Assembly: GCF_001194135.2 (NCBI RefSeq) | Contig: NC_068984.1 | Location: 54,966,548 to 55,019,883, forward strand | Length of the DNA stretch: 53,336 nucleotides | DNA from: Octopus bimaculoides | Lineage: Eukaryota | Direction: 5' to 3' | Part shown: one piece after another, positions 24,466-35,939 of the stretch | Position numbering within the stretch: the stretch's first letter is position 1 | Layout of the letters: each line of letters starts with the position of its first letter | Notes under the pieces: model-generated | Seen by the model: only the letters and a program-made list of their open reading frames with translations | Databases searched by the model: none | Told to the model about the DNA's origin: nothing | Position numbers and translations under genes: made by a program

Positions 24466-24521
24466 CGGGCATATGGCGTGGTGGTTAAGAGCGCGGGCTA
24501 CTAACCCCAAGGTTCCGAGTT
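24466..24521 (+). mobile_element. Truncated tRNA-like SINE head
   Basis: gggcatatggcgtggtggttaagagcgcgggctactaaccccaaggttccgagtt breaks off inside the B box. Confidence 0.65.
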
Positions 24522-26350
24522 AGACAAAAATTAGTTTAGTTACCGTTGCAGGATTTAATGTTCAAACGATTCTATATCTACTATTTGCTGATGCNNNNNN
24601 NNNNNNNNNNNNNNNNNNNNNNNNNNNNNNNNNNNNNNNNNNNNNNNNNNNNNNNNNNNNNNNNNNNNNNNNNNNNNNNNNNNNNNNNNNNNNNNNNNNN
24701 NNNNNNNNNNNNNNNNNNNNNNNNNNNNNNNNNNNNNNNNNNNNNNNNNNNNNNNNNNNNNNNNNNNNNNNNNNNNNNNNNNNNNNNNNNNNNNNNNNNN
24801 NNATTCCAACAGACAACACCATCCTCTACAAGGAAGAATACATTTGACAATACAGTCCTGGATGTACCAAGAGACAGAAAGTTAGACAAAAATAAGTTTA
24901 GTTACCGTTGCAGGATTTAATGTTCAAACGATTCTATATCTACTATTTGCTGATGCATCTGTCAATGCACACAGATAGATAGTTCGACGGATAGAAAATA
25001 GTATGATGGATGGCCAGATATATGGAAAGAATGCTAAATCAAATTGAAATAGCCATAGGTAGCAAAAAGATGTCCGTGCCACTTTTTATCCCCCTTCTAT
25101 ATATCCTAGGTCAAAGACATGCTGGGTCATCACCATTATTCAGTTTGCTTATTTTTTTTTATTAGGCTTAAGTACTTATCAATATTATCAGAGTAGGCGA
25201 ATAATTACTCTGGTAGAAAGAAAAAAGTACATATAAAAGAGAGGTAAACACACAGAGAGATGAGTAGGTAGGAATTTAGGGAGGTAGGTAGTTAGGCAGG
25301 TAGGTGAACAGGCAGGGGGAGTATGAGGGCCATGAAGTTAAGTATGCATATATATATATTAATAGATACACAGGCAGAGAGAGTCAAGTACAAGTGTAAT
25401 TAACTCGACAACACACTGCTACAAAATCTGTGCTGGCCTTGTGATGGATCGCAGAACTAGTAGTGGTGGACAAAATGCCTTGCGGTATGTTGGTCTGTTT
25501 TCACTTCGTATCCACCGTGATGTGAACTGAAAACATACCTAAATATACTTTGCTATATCGACCTGGAGGTTGCGATAATAAAATATTATCAATCAAGAAT
25601 TATGATCAATGTTTAACTTTGATGTGAAACCTGAGTCTATGGAATGCTTTGGAGATAATTAGCATTTACTGATTAGACATAATTAAACTATACGAGTTCA
25701 TTTTGCAAACTTTATTTAAAAATGCATTTCGTTAGATATTTTAAATCTATTTGTTTATCAGCTACTACCTTTTATTTGTTTTTTGTTTTGTATTTTTTTT
25801 TCCATTCTCACTTTTAAAATTCACTGTAGTTTTGCAACAAACTGGCGAATTGAAAATATATCTAACATCTATATTTTCTCCTGTAAGCCATTATACACTA
25901 ATTAATGTTAGAAATCAATACAATGATTATCGATTCCAATTTAACGATGAATTCGAGGTAGATGGCTGAAAGAATATGAAGTTTGCAGGAAAGATGTAGT
26001 TGTGAAGTATATTAGTTGGCATCGATTTGGAGAACAACACTCAGGCATATTAAGACTCTGAAGATATACGTGATATAGTCGATATGTATGTAAAGTGAGA
26101 TGAATGCTTATAAGCTCGATTTTCGATTAAGCAATCACATTCCTTCTCATACGTGCAATATCCAACAAAAACCATCAGCATACAAAAAGTTATATCTCAT
26201 TAGCTTTTGCTTGTTGTGCCAAGGTAAGCACCTCTGTACGGTCGTCGATATGTGCGGAAAAACATCAAAATTCCAACAGACAACACCATCCTCTACAAGG
26301 AAGAATACATTTGACAATACAGTCCTGGATGTACCAAGAGACAGAAAGTT
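24518..26350 (+). repeat. Probable tandem duplication of a ~1.47-kb unit, first copy mostly in an N gap
   Basis: 24518-24594 matches 24880-24956 (1 mismatch); 24803-24883 matches 26270-26350; junctions share AGTT. Confidence 0.7.
25450..25580 (+). mobile_element. Degenerate Nin/Deu-like SINE head
   Basis: gcagaactagtagtggtggacaaaatgccttgcggtatgttggtctg resembles the head consensus seen in other copies. Confidence 0.45.
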
Positions 26351-26829
26351 TACGGTTTGAACCATCTTGTTCATAGGTCTATTTACTTGGGATTAATTTG
26401 AAGCTAAACAAAAATAGTAACAATAAAAGTAAAAAACTATACACATAAAGATAAATTCGTCGAAATAGGATCTTGCCTAGTATTTAAAATTTTTCCCCTC
26501 TGCTCACAGCACATGAACTTTCATTAAATGTGATGCTCAAAACCTTATTACGTGAAGATACCCTATCGTCCATCATGCAGGATTCAGATTAACAATAGTA
26601 AATTGCTCTGCTGCTTTGAAATACACAGGGTACAGAAGAATATGCACGAGGATTATATTTTGTACTTTACAGGGTACCCTATAACTATTTTCAAAAGATA
26701 ACAGGAAAAAAGTTTATCTTAGAAAACTCACATTTGTTTCAACGACTACAAAACATGCTGAAATCAGTAAAAATGTAATAAATTTGTGAAGAGATATTTT
26801 ATACTATTTCATATAAGATCTGTAAGATC

Positions 26830-27201
26830 AGTTTCAAATTTTAGCACAAGGCCAGTAATTTCGGAGTAGGCGATAAGTCGATTCCATCGACCTCAGTACT
26901 CAACTAATACTTATTTCATAGACCGAGAAAGAGATAGAAAGCAAAGTCGACCTCGGCAGGATTTGAACTCAGAAGGAAATGCCGCTAAGCATTACTTGGC
27001 GTGGTAACGATTCTATCCGATCGCCGCCATGTACAAGCTGTAATATTGGTTTCAAATTTTGGCACAAGGCCAACAATTCATCGACCCCGAAGAGATGAAA
27101 AGCGAAGTCGACTTCGCGCCGGAATTTGAACTCAGAACGTAAAGACAAACGAAATACCTCTAAGCATTTTGCCCAGCATGCTAATGATTCTGCCAGCTCA
27201 C
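26830..27201 (-). mobile_element. Two tandem Nin/Deu-like SINE copies (26830-27028, 27047-27201)
   Basis: Each contains gcacaaggcc...aaagtcgac.tcg...ggaatttgaactcagaa...gctaa(c/t)gattct. Confidence 0.9.
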
Positions 27202-27337
27202 TGACTGACAAAAGCATAAACATTGACAAGTAGAAAGAAAAAAAACTAGAATGAGCACGATAAATATGTGGTCGTGTTTGTGTGTATGCATGTGCGCATG
27301 TATGTATATATGCATATTTGCGTGTTCGTGTATACGC

Positions 27338-27375
<38 letters not shown>

Positions 27376-27639
27376 ATCTAAGCATGTTAACAGAATGTCA
27401 GACAGCTTGCAGCACAAGTTACAGACATACCTTTATTTCCCTATTTATTGCAGTCTGCTTGCTGTTTTATTGTTTTCAGATATCTCTTTTACATTTGTTT
27501 TCTGACAATGTTTAATTAAAGAATGGTTTCCACAGAAGCAGATTTTATTGCAATAAACAACACTTCCAAGTCACGCATCATTTCTTTGTACGTGCCCTCT
27601 CTCCACTTAAGCACAGCTTCTATGTTCTAGTATATTCTT

Positions 27640-28100
27640 TAAAGGATCCATTAACATGGTAATTTGCTTTCCAGTAGAAGGGAATTGAAAGCAAACAAAA
27701 TATTATTTTTGGAACATATTTATTACATAGAATAGCTTAAATTGCGTTGAATTTATTTAACCTCATTACTAAATCAATTATTGTGTAGTGGGGATTTGTT
27801 GTGGAATATAAGATATGTAAGTTATGTATTTTATTGAATAGATATTGTATTTCGTATGTCTTATGCCGGTTGTTCAAAATGATATTGAGAAATGTATATT
27901 GCATGAGTCATGTTATTCACTCGAGAGTATCTTAATTAGGATGTGTTCTGTATATTGAAGATCTATATTTTAATCTGTGTGAAGTTGTAATGTCTGATAC
28001 GTGTTAGCGTTTCCGTATTAATTATTAATATTGTTGTTACTTTCTAGATTTAAATCCAGTTTGTCATCATCACAGTACTCTGATAGTTTTCGACCTCTTT
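27640..28100 (-). mobile_element. Possible highly decayed Penelope RT remnant
   Basis: Minus translation QYTFLNIILNNRHKTYEIQYLFN resembles the Penelope RT segment PFLDILI...K.TD..QYL.F. Confidence 0.25.
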
Positions 28101-28399
28101 TGTGCAATGCATTGTTGTTAGGAAGGACAACATTTTTTTATCAAACTACACAAAATTAAATTTTTGTATCTTTTACTTATATATCTAGAAGGCTCACCTT
28201 AATCACCTTATAGCGCCGGGCACGTGTTCATTTTATTAACGTAGCTATTCCTTTGTTATATATCGCATATGATGCATTTCCACCTACTTACTGTCATTGT
28301 ATCATTATTATTGTGCTGTCCTCCAGCGAATTTCCTGAAATAAGGCACTGGTGATTAGGCCTACAATGGACCTACAAATACAGCACCTAACTGAGGACA

Positions 28400-29900
28400 C
28401 TTTTCCTTGGTGGTAAGGTTAATCCGGTATTTAAAGTATTCCATGATCAGTCTTATGTAGCTGTCTGGCAGGTGGTTTGAAGTTCGGCCCTTGCTGTTAT
28501 ACTTCTTATTTGTTTCCATATTTAATGTAAAACCTACATATAAGTTAATTTGTTCTTATAATATATCCGATATGACATACTAAAGGCCATAAATGAACAA
28601 CAGTCTCTTCAATTTTCCCTTAGAGAGTGATGCTCTCCTGAAAGATTGGCAGCATGTTTTGAGTGGCGAGTGGGGACGAAATGAACTGGTCTACTGAAAT
28701 ATACGTAATTTGGGCGACCCTGCCCGGACAAGGAAATTAAATTTAACATTCTTTTTGAAGTTACTGGATTGGCTCAAGTTGATTGCCAACGTATAGGGAC
28801 ATATAATTTCATTTTGGTTTATATTATTACTTTAACATCTGAATCTTTTTTTATAATCGATATTCATAATTTTTCCTTATCATTGTTTTCATCCCTCTAT
28901 TTATCGACAGAAGGTTATGAGTAGTGTCTGAGTATTTTTGTTTTGATACGAATAAACTTTAGTATGAGCTCTTTGACACACGTTCTCATGACCTCGGTTG
29001 AAAGATTTAGTGCAGATTTAGCGTTTCATGTCCATGCTCCGTGTGGATGACGTATGGCAGTGGAAGGGGAATACTTGGGAAGTTTTATATTATCTGCACA
29101 CCTGGGAAGTTTGGGATGTGGCGATAAGTCGGTCATTGACACATAGAAGGAAGTGAATGGGGAAAAAGTGAAATCTGGAACACAACAAAGGTGATTGATA
29201 GTCGAATAAAAAAGATTCCATCAACACACCGCAATGAAGTGATCTGATTGAAAACTTCCGATCCAACTAAGTTTTTATATGAGATTCGCGTATTAGACAT
29301 GGTTAAGGTTTTGCGGATATCTATGGTAACATCCCTCGAAAGGAATTTCTATAAAGTCAGAAAATTAGCGTGTAATATAAGAGAAAAAAAAAGATTTCTT
29401 GTTAATCTAGCACAACAAAACTGTACTCGCGATCAGTGAGGAGAACATCATTGTTAACTGCTGTTTCCATTACCTTACGGATGTCAGAAATGACTGCAAT
29501 AGTATGATAAGTGGCTGGCTCACCATGGTTACCTTTCATTGGAACGGACATATTTCTAAATACCAGAGTATATCCCTGTAGAGAATAAGAGACTGAAGAG
29601 TTTGATAAGTAATGGAGAAAGACCTGATGAGCAATGTTTGTAACGGAATTGACATTGCCAAGGATTTGAAACAAACGGATGCAACTCCGCATATGGCGAT
29701 TAGATATGTCAGGCTGGAGGACTGGTTGGTAGAAAGGGATGAATCTAGAGGAAATTAGCTAAGCGTGTGTAGCAATAGAATTGGAAGCAAAGTAAGTAGC
29801 GAAATTAAAATTTTTCTTTAAGGTAATATTAGGCACGGAATCATCATTGTGGGGAAAAGAAAGGAAAAGGTCTTTGCAAATTTAGCAGAATTATGTTATA
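28400..29900 (-). mobile_element. Decayed APE-type LINE RT (CR1/L2/Jockey group)
   Basis: Collinear motifs: FASNS; PMKGNHGEPATYHTIAVISDIRKVME...LLTDREYSF (PKKGxxSxPxNYRPI...QYGF); FLLCVND; CADNI (YADD equivalent); YIRLIMEY. Confidence 0.85.
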
Positions 29901-29990
29901 AAGGAATCAGTAACGGTTTGAGAGGTAGAAAATCGTGAGAGATGTGCGATACCTAAAGGCAGTCCTTGCAGACCGGATAGTCGCCTTACA

Positions 29991-30652
29991 TAAGTTTCGT
30001 CTTAGAAATTGTTGTCTTCGACTGTGCTTTTTAGGCAATCTGTGTATTTACATTATTTCTCCGCCTTACTGCTGGGTGAGTGAATGAATGCCTTCCGATT
30101 TTTAGAGAGTTGGTTAGAATTATTGCTTTCTTCGCTTCTGTTGCCGCTGTTATGGCTGTAGTTGGCAATGTAACTGTTGATGTTGCTGTTGTATTTTTTA
30201 CCGTTCAAGCATCAGTTGCCTTCCGTGCTGCTGTTGCTGTTGCAGTATTTGTCGCAGATTTTGTTGTTCCCGTCATAGGTATCGTAGTAACTGTTGTTCG
30301 ATAAGCATAGTTGCCGATGTTGCTGGTATTGTTTAGTTACGGTGAGAGAGAAGGACAAACTAGAAAATTTGTTTTCGTGTTTCCTTTTCGAGTTAATAAA
30401 TTTGTGTCAAGTTTATTTTCCCTTTTTCAAGTTAACTTGTTTACTTAATTGAAGTTACCCTTTTCGCCACTTTACTCGTTTGCTATTAGTGTTTGCTTAT
30501 TTGTTTAAAGTGTTCTGTTTAACTAAAAGCTGAGAAAAGTCTTTCGGCTTATTTATCTCCATCTAGTTTTCTAGGATAGTAAGTTTTCGTCTTAGATGTT
30601 GTCTTCGACTGTGTTTTTTAGGCAACCGGTGTATTTACATTATTTCTCCGCC
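29991..30652 (-). mobile_element. Segment bounded by 73-bp direct repeats (29991-30065, 30580-30652); possible deleted LTR element
   Basis: Repeats about 90% identical. Inside on minus are a TGGCG PBS-like motif (30469-30465) and a stop-interrupted Gln-rich frame (REQQNLRQILQQQQQH...). Confidence 0.4.
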
Positions 30653-31429
30653 ATGGAATTGTCGGCAAAATTTAAAAGGCACTTTTTTCTCCAGTAGTAA
30701 CAATGCCAAAACAATTTAGCATCTCTCCCCTCCCAACAATTTCTATCAAAAAGAAAAAAAAAAACAGATGCAAGAACATACAGGCGATATAAAATCTTAA
30801 CAAAAATACAAACGATTTAAGCATAAACATTTACTTTTGCAATGTGAAAAGAAACAGTGAAAATATGAATTTAAGTGTACAAATAGTGTAAACAGTAACA
30901 CCACCACCACCTACACCACCACCACCACCTCCGCCACCACCACCACNNNNNNNNNNATAACAACTACTCACATGCTACTTAGGTTGCGAGGGAGGTATTG
31001 GATATTAGCCAGCTCCAAGAAAATGAAGAATTTAGAAGAGCTATTTCGAGAGCAAGCGAGCAGAAAAAAGAGAGATTGTCTTCTCGAAGATTTCATCACA
31101 AGCAGGCAAAGAAGAAAGCGTGTTTGGACTGTTTTGAATATATTTAGTGCTTTTCCATAACATCGAAACAGGAGTTAGAGAGCATCTGACCGGTATGGGA
31201 AGGTAGTGTACTTTTCCAAACGAAATGAGGCATATAGAAAAGAAATGCAGTGAAAGCTCGTGCGTTACACGCTTGTCCATAAGGCGAGAATATAACATAA
31301 AGAAAAACAGGAGCCATTAGCAAGTATATTCCTGCTCGTCGAATATGAAGCATTGTACACAAATGTGTTGGCAAAGGAAGGGATCTGTAGGTAAATGGGG
31401 TAAAATGAAATGTGAGGGCAATAAGGTTT

Positions 31430-32050
31430 TCTGAAGAGCATAAGACAATCTCAGAAGAGTATGATACGGTTGAATCAGATATGTCGAAGAATTGGTCCCT
31501 AGAGCAGTGAAAGAATGTTATTTTCTCGGACGAGTCATCCTCTACCTTATTTCCGACCACCGGCCGAGTATACGTTTGGAAACAGCCNNNNNNNNNNTTT
31601 CCGACCACCGGCCGAGTATACGTTTGGAAACAGCCAAAACAAGTATTTGACCCAGACTGACTTCTTCCAACTGTTAAACATGGAGGAGGATCTGTGATGA
31701 TCTAGGGTGGAGGGAGCGGTTATATCTTGGACATCCGCTGGCCCAATGGTTTCTCTTCATGGCAGAATTAATAGTCAAGATAAGTAAAGCATTTTATCTG
31801 ATCAAATTCATCCTATTGTCGCGGAACTGTTTCCGAGATAAACGCAATCTTTCAGGATGATAATGCACCAATTCCCGCAACTAAACTTGTTACTGAATGG
31901 CACGAAGAGAATTCTAGTGAAGTTGAACATCTTATCACAATATTAATGAACATTTATGGTGCATTTTAGAAAAGCAAGTAAGGAGTAGATATCCTCCACC
32001 ATCATCACTGCAAGAACTAAGGACTGTTTTAGCTGAAGAATTGTCCAACT
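31430..32050 (+). mobile_element. Tc1-family transposase remnant (catalytic domain)
   Basis: VIFSDESS (D1), PTVKHGGGSVM, FQDDNAP (D2), EHLWCILEKQVR (E); stops and frameshifts; WPxxSPDL segment deleted. Confidence 0.92.
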
Positions 32051-32319
32051 CTTGTACATTTGACTATATCTCAAGAATTAGAAGACATGCTAGGCTAAAG
32101 ATAAACCGAAAGGTCTTCTGATCTCTCCAACCTATTGACATTAAGAACAGTCGAAGGGAAATTGAAATAGATATCTTTGCTACATATTTAGCCTGTTTTA
32201 ATCATAAAGCACTTTTCGTCCCCTCCATTCGCCACATTTGTACATCACCATAGGTTTCCTAATTCCTCTGCATGAGTTATTCTGCTTTTTTTTAAAGTAC
32301 CGGTTAACAAAAAAAAATC

Positions 32320-32540
32320 TTTCTAATTTAGGCACAATAACAAAAATTTTGAGAAGAACACAAGAAATGTAGAATAGACCTCCAGTTGGATTTGAACTTA
32401 GAATGTAACGAGACGAAAATATAAAAATAAGATTTCACATATGAGACTATAACGATTCTACCAACTCACTAAAAATAATAACAATAATCCTTTCTACTAT
32501 AGGGACCAAGTCTGAAAATTTTGGTGGATGTGGAGTAGTC
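32320..32540 (-). mobile_element. Nin/Deu-like SINE fragments
   Basis: ggatttgaacttagaatgtaacgagacgaaa, aacgattctaccaactc and ctttctactatagg match other copies. Confidence 0.55.
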
Positions 32541-32559
32541 AATTTACCTTCTGGGTCCA

Positions 32560-32860
32560 GGAGGATGATCCGTATCTTAAGATACCTCTCTCTCCGAAAT
32601 AACAGCTACTCTGTCATCCATTTCCTCAGACTTGGAAATACTCACAACTCGTAACCACCGAACACGTGCAAAAATGCTCGTGCATCGCAAACTCTCTGGT
32701 CTTCCAGATAACCAACACACCTATAACTAATGACCATACGTTGTTCAGCAGGAACACTGAAAGTAAGAATGAACACTTAAGTTATTTCTGTGGGAGAAGG
32801 ATTGATCCAGCCTTCTGGCTATTTGTGTCTTTGCCCACAAGCATTTCTTTATGAACTCCG
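32560..32860 (-). mobile_element. Possible L1/Tx1-like C-terminal fragment
   Basis: VHSYFQC... followed by VIWKTR resembles the CCHC knuckle and downstream IWxxR of L1/Tx1 ORF2. Confidence 0.25.
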
Positions 32861-32869
32861 AAATTTCCT

Positions 32870-33310
32870 ATTCCTCGAGTTTATTTAGTATTCACTCTCT
32901 TATATGTGTTTTGTATCGCTTTTATGATTTTATATTATTTGGAGTGTTATGTAGGGATGTGATGTATTCATTATGTGTAATGATTGTGCCTTGATGTATA
33001 TGTTTCAATGAATCCTTGTTTGTATCTACTGCCTTATAGTTGTAAATGACTTTTGTTTGTTTTGGCGGGATGCTACTCTTCTTGTTTTGGATTGCACTTT
33101 GATTTTGATTCTTGTGGAGTTTTAAATCTTCGTGGTGTTTCCATTCTTGAGTGGGTTTTTGGTTGCGTATCTGTTGCGAATGCGTATATATATTTGTTGG
33201 TTTCTTTGTCTCCTTCTCAAAGCTGTTCGTTTTCTTTACGGTGTAACGTTTTCTATCTTCCACCTCTTTTGCTCTTCCCCAATCACAAATATATTCTGGT
33301 AATTCTTTCA
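32870..33310 (-). mobile_element. Probable Penelope GIY-YIG endonuclease remnant
   Basis: TKVIYNYKAVDTNKDSLKHIHQG resembles NVVYxCxV...YIG; ends with INSRN (LNxRxE-like). Confidence 0.4.
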
Positions 33311-33859
33311 AATTAACGTCCTCGTGAGGCGATTTTGGCAGGCTGAGAAATCTGTGGCAGGGAGGAGATAAATCTGTACATTTGGGTAAAATATAAAAAT
33401 CACAAAAAGAAATACTGCAAAAGATTTTCTCCGACGGTCTAACAAATTTGTTAATCTATCAACCCAACAATGCTAACTTTTAATAATCAGAAGGAACTAC
33501 AAAAGCCAACCAAAATGAATGACTACAGGGACTTAGAAAACATGATATCCGAAATGAGAAAAACTTAATGTTTGTTTGGTTTCGTGTATCATATGGTATC
33601 AAGTGCGGAAAGTATATAAAAGTTGATGTAAGATTCCATATCAGCAAAATACGATACAATATAAAAGCAGTGCCTACTTGTAGAAGCTATTTATGAATAT
33701 GGAATACAATAATTAGAAAGGAAATAAATGAAATGTGGTTATGTGTGCGCGCCTGTATGTGTGCATGTATATGCATGCATGCGCGCGCGCGTGTATGAAA
33801 GCCTTCAGGCAAAGAATGTACGCCATAGAAATTAGGGAGAAACTTTAATCCCTAAACCA

Positions 33860-34470
33860 GACGTTGTTCAGAAAGGACAAATTCAATAGACAAATCTCAA
33901 GCGTAAAATATATAGCAAGAAGGAAAACGTGACTCAGAAAAGAAACACAAAAGTGTCACCACTGAAAATAAGATCGATCGCAAAAGAAATATTGATTCAA
34001 AGGTTAAAGCTAAAGTGCGGAGAATATACTAATTTGAATTTCAAATCAAACGATTCAAAGGAAACAAAATAATTTAATAAGATAAAGGAGGCCTTTACAG
34101 GCAAATAAAAGAGTTCAATAGGGAATTGAAGAACTAAAGAAAATTGTTGAAACATTTTGGAGAGAAAAATGGGAAGAACAATAAACAAATGACCGAAACC
34201 ACAAAACAAAAGATAACTTAAATGATGTGACATCTCAAGTGTGAAAATATATCACAACGGACAATATAATGGAAATCATGATAAGAAACGTAATTAGAAA
34301 TCACATTTCATCTCAAAACAGATATTTTATAAAATAATAAGGCGTCCATCCCCATTACCAGAGTGTCTTTCGCAAGAATAAACAATTTATCTTCAAAAAA
34401 TATTCATAAGGTTGATTTTACAAATCACAGTCCAATCACGTGTATTTTCAAATTCTACATGGCCCTAAAA
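33860..34470 (+). mobile_element. R4/Dong-type LINE fragment (N-terminal to early RT)
   Basis: IVETFWREKWE, ITTDNI and KVDFTNHSPITC match R4-clade motifs xxFWxxIW, ITxxxI and NYRPITC. Confidence 0.6.
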
Positions 34471-34519
34471 TTAACACTAATTTATTTTTCTTTGCTGAGT
34501 TTGGAGGAAGAGGCAGTGC

Positions 34520-34829
34520 CTATGCTTTCTCAACTCGCCGTCACTTAGGTGAGATCGATGCCATAAATGTTCCTGCTGATTGTTTTCAATCGATACCTTC
34601 GGGAAAGATACCAGAGGAAGCGAACTCCGGTATGAATGAGTGGTGTAATGGTTGGTGCTGCTCCTAGGGATTTGGACACAAGATTAATGATGGGAAAGCA
34701 ATCGGGTAGGATAGTATATCTGAGTGNNNNNNNNNNNNNNNNNNNNNNNNNNNNNNNNNNNNNNNNNNNNNNNNNNNNNNNNNNNNNNNNNNNNNNNNNN
34801 NNNNNNNNNNNNNNNNNNNNNNNNNNNNN

Positions 34830-34895
<66 letters not shown>

Positions 34896-35830
34896 GATTA
34901 CAACAGCGGTATAAAAGGTTGAGGAAGAAATACAAAAATAGCGCGCCAGTGATCGAGAGGCTAGAGTGTGTCTGTGAGGGATTTTAACCATTCAATTGGA
35001 GATCCCTTTTCTGGAAGCAGTCTAGTATGTCTGTGTGTGCAGAAGTGCACAGTCTTGGATGTAGGAGAAATACGCCATTGTGGTCGTCACCTGGGATTGT
35101 AGTGTATCAATAATCGTTGAAGGATATATGTTTTGGATCTGAATACAAGTGCCACTATTTCATTTAAGCTCTTAGCCAGAACATGGATATGCTTCCGGCA
35201 GAAAGGTTCTTCAGTATTAGAGAGATCTAATATTTGGAGCAAATCTAAGGCTCCAGCGAAGTGCTACTCATAATTAAGGTGCGTCCAGTAAGATGACTCT
35301 TTTAGTATCCGTGCTATTAGAAGGCGACCTGGTAGAATCGTTACCGCGTCGGGAAAATGCTTAGCGGCATTTCTTCCGACTTTACGTCATGATTTCGAAT
35401 GTTGCCGGGGTCAACTTTGTCTTTCGTCTTTTCGAGATCGATAAAATAAGTACCAGCTGAACACTGGGGCCAATACAATCGACTTACTCCCTCCCCTGAA
35501 ATTGCTGGTCTTGTGTCAAAATTTGAAATCAATATGAGTAATGTTAATGATTTGCTGTTGAAAAAAAAGACATAATTGATACGTTCCTTTAGCGAATGTT
35601 TCCGTGGTCTCCCTCTAAGCAGTCACTGCGAGTTTGTCGTGATGAGAGTGGGTGATACAAAGATTGGGTTTGTTCGGGTGTTAGAGAAGAATGAATATTA
35701 GTGCCATCTGCATAAGTGTTGGTGTGTGTTGCTGGAAGAGTCAGCAGTTAAGTCATTTCTAATGCAAAATTTCATCACAAAGTCAAGATCAAAATATAGA
35801 ACTGAGTCAGGTTGCTATTCCCGTTTTGTG
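34520..35830 (-). mobile_element. Decayed APE-type LINE (same family as 28400-29900), interrupted by a SINE and by (CT)n plus a gap
   Basis: Minus reading: TYADGT (YADD) near 35700; KHIHVLAKS and LDCFQKR in 35000-35200; 3' terminus YRLKTISRNIYGIDLT* at 34545. Confidence 0.8.
35330..35535 (+). mobile_element. Full-length Nin/Deu-like SINE nested in the LINE
   Basis: ggcgacctggtagaatcgtta...gggtcaactttgtctttc...gtcttgtgtcaaaatttgaaatcaat. Confidence 0.9.
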
Positions 35831-35939
35831 TCCATTGTGATCACTACCGAAGTATTTATTTCTCTTCAGTTGAACTACCTTTACTTAACAATTTTGTAAA
35901 AGTTTAGGAAGAAAATGTTAAGTTTTTCACAAAATAATA

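Noticed and set aside
30080-30304. Val/Ala-rich 74-aa ORF as a membrane protein
   Set aside because: It is the antisense reading of a CAA/CAG-rich decayed frame.
31550-31635. 38-bp tandem duplication in the Tc1 remnant
   Set aside because: Straddles a 10-N gap; assembly overlap.
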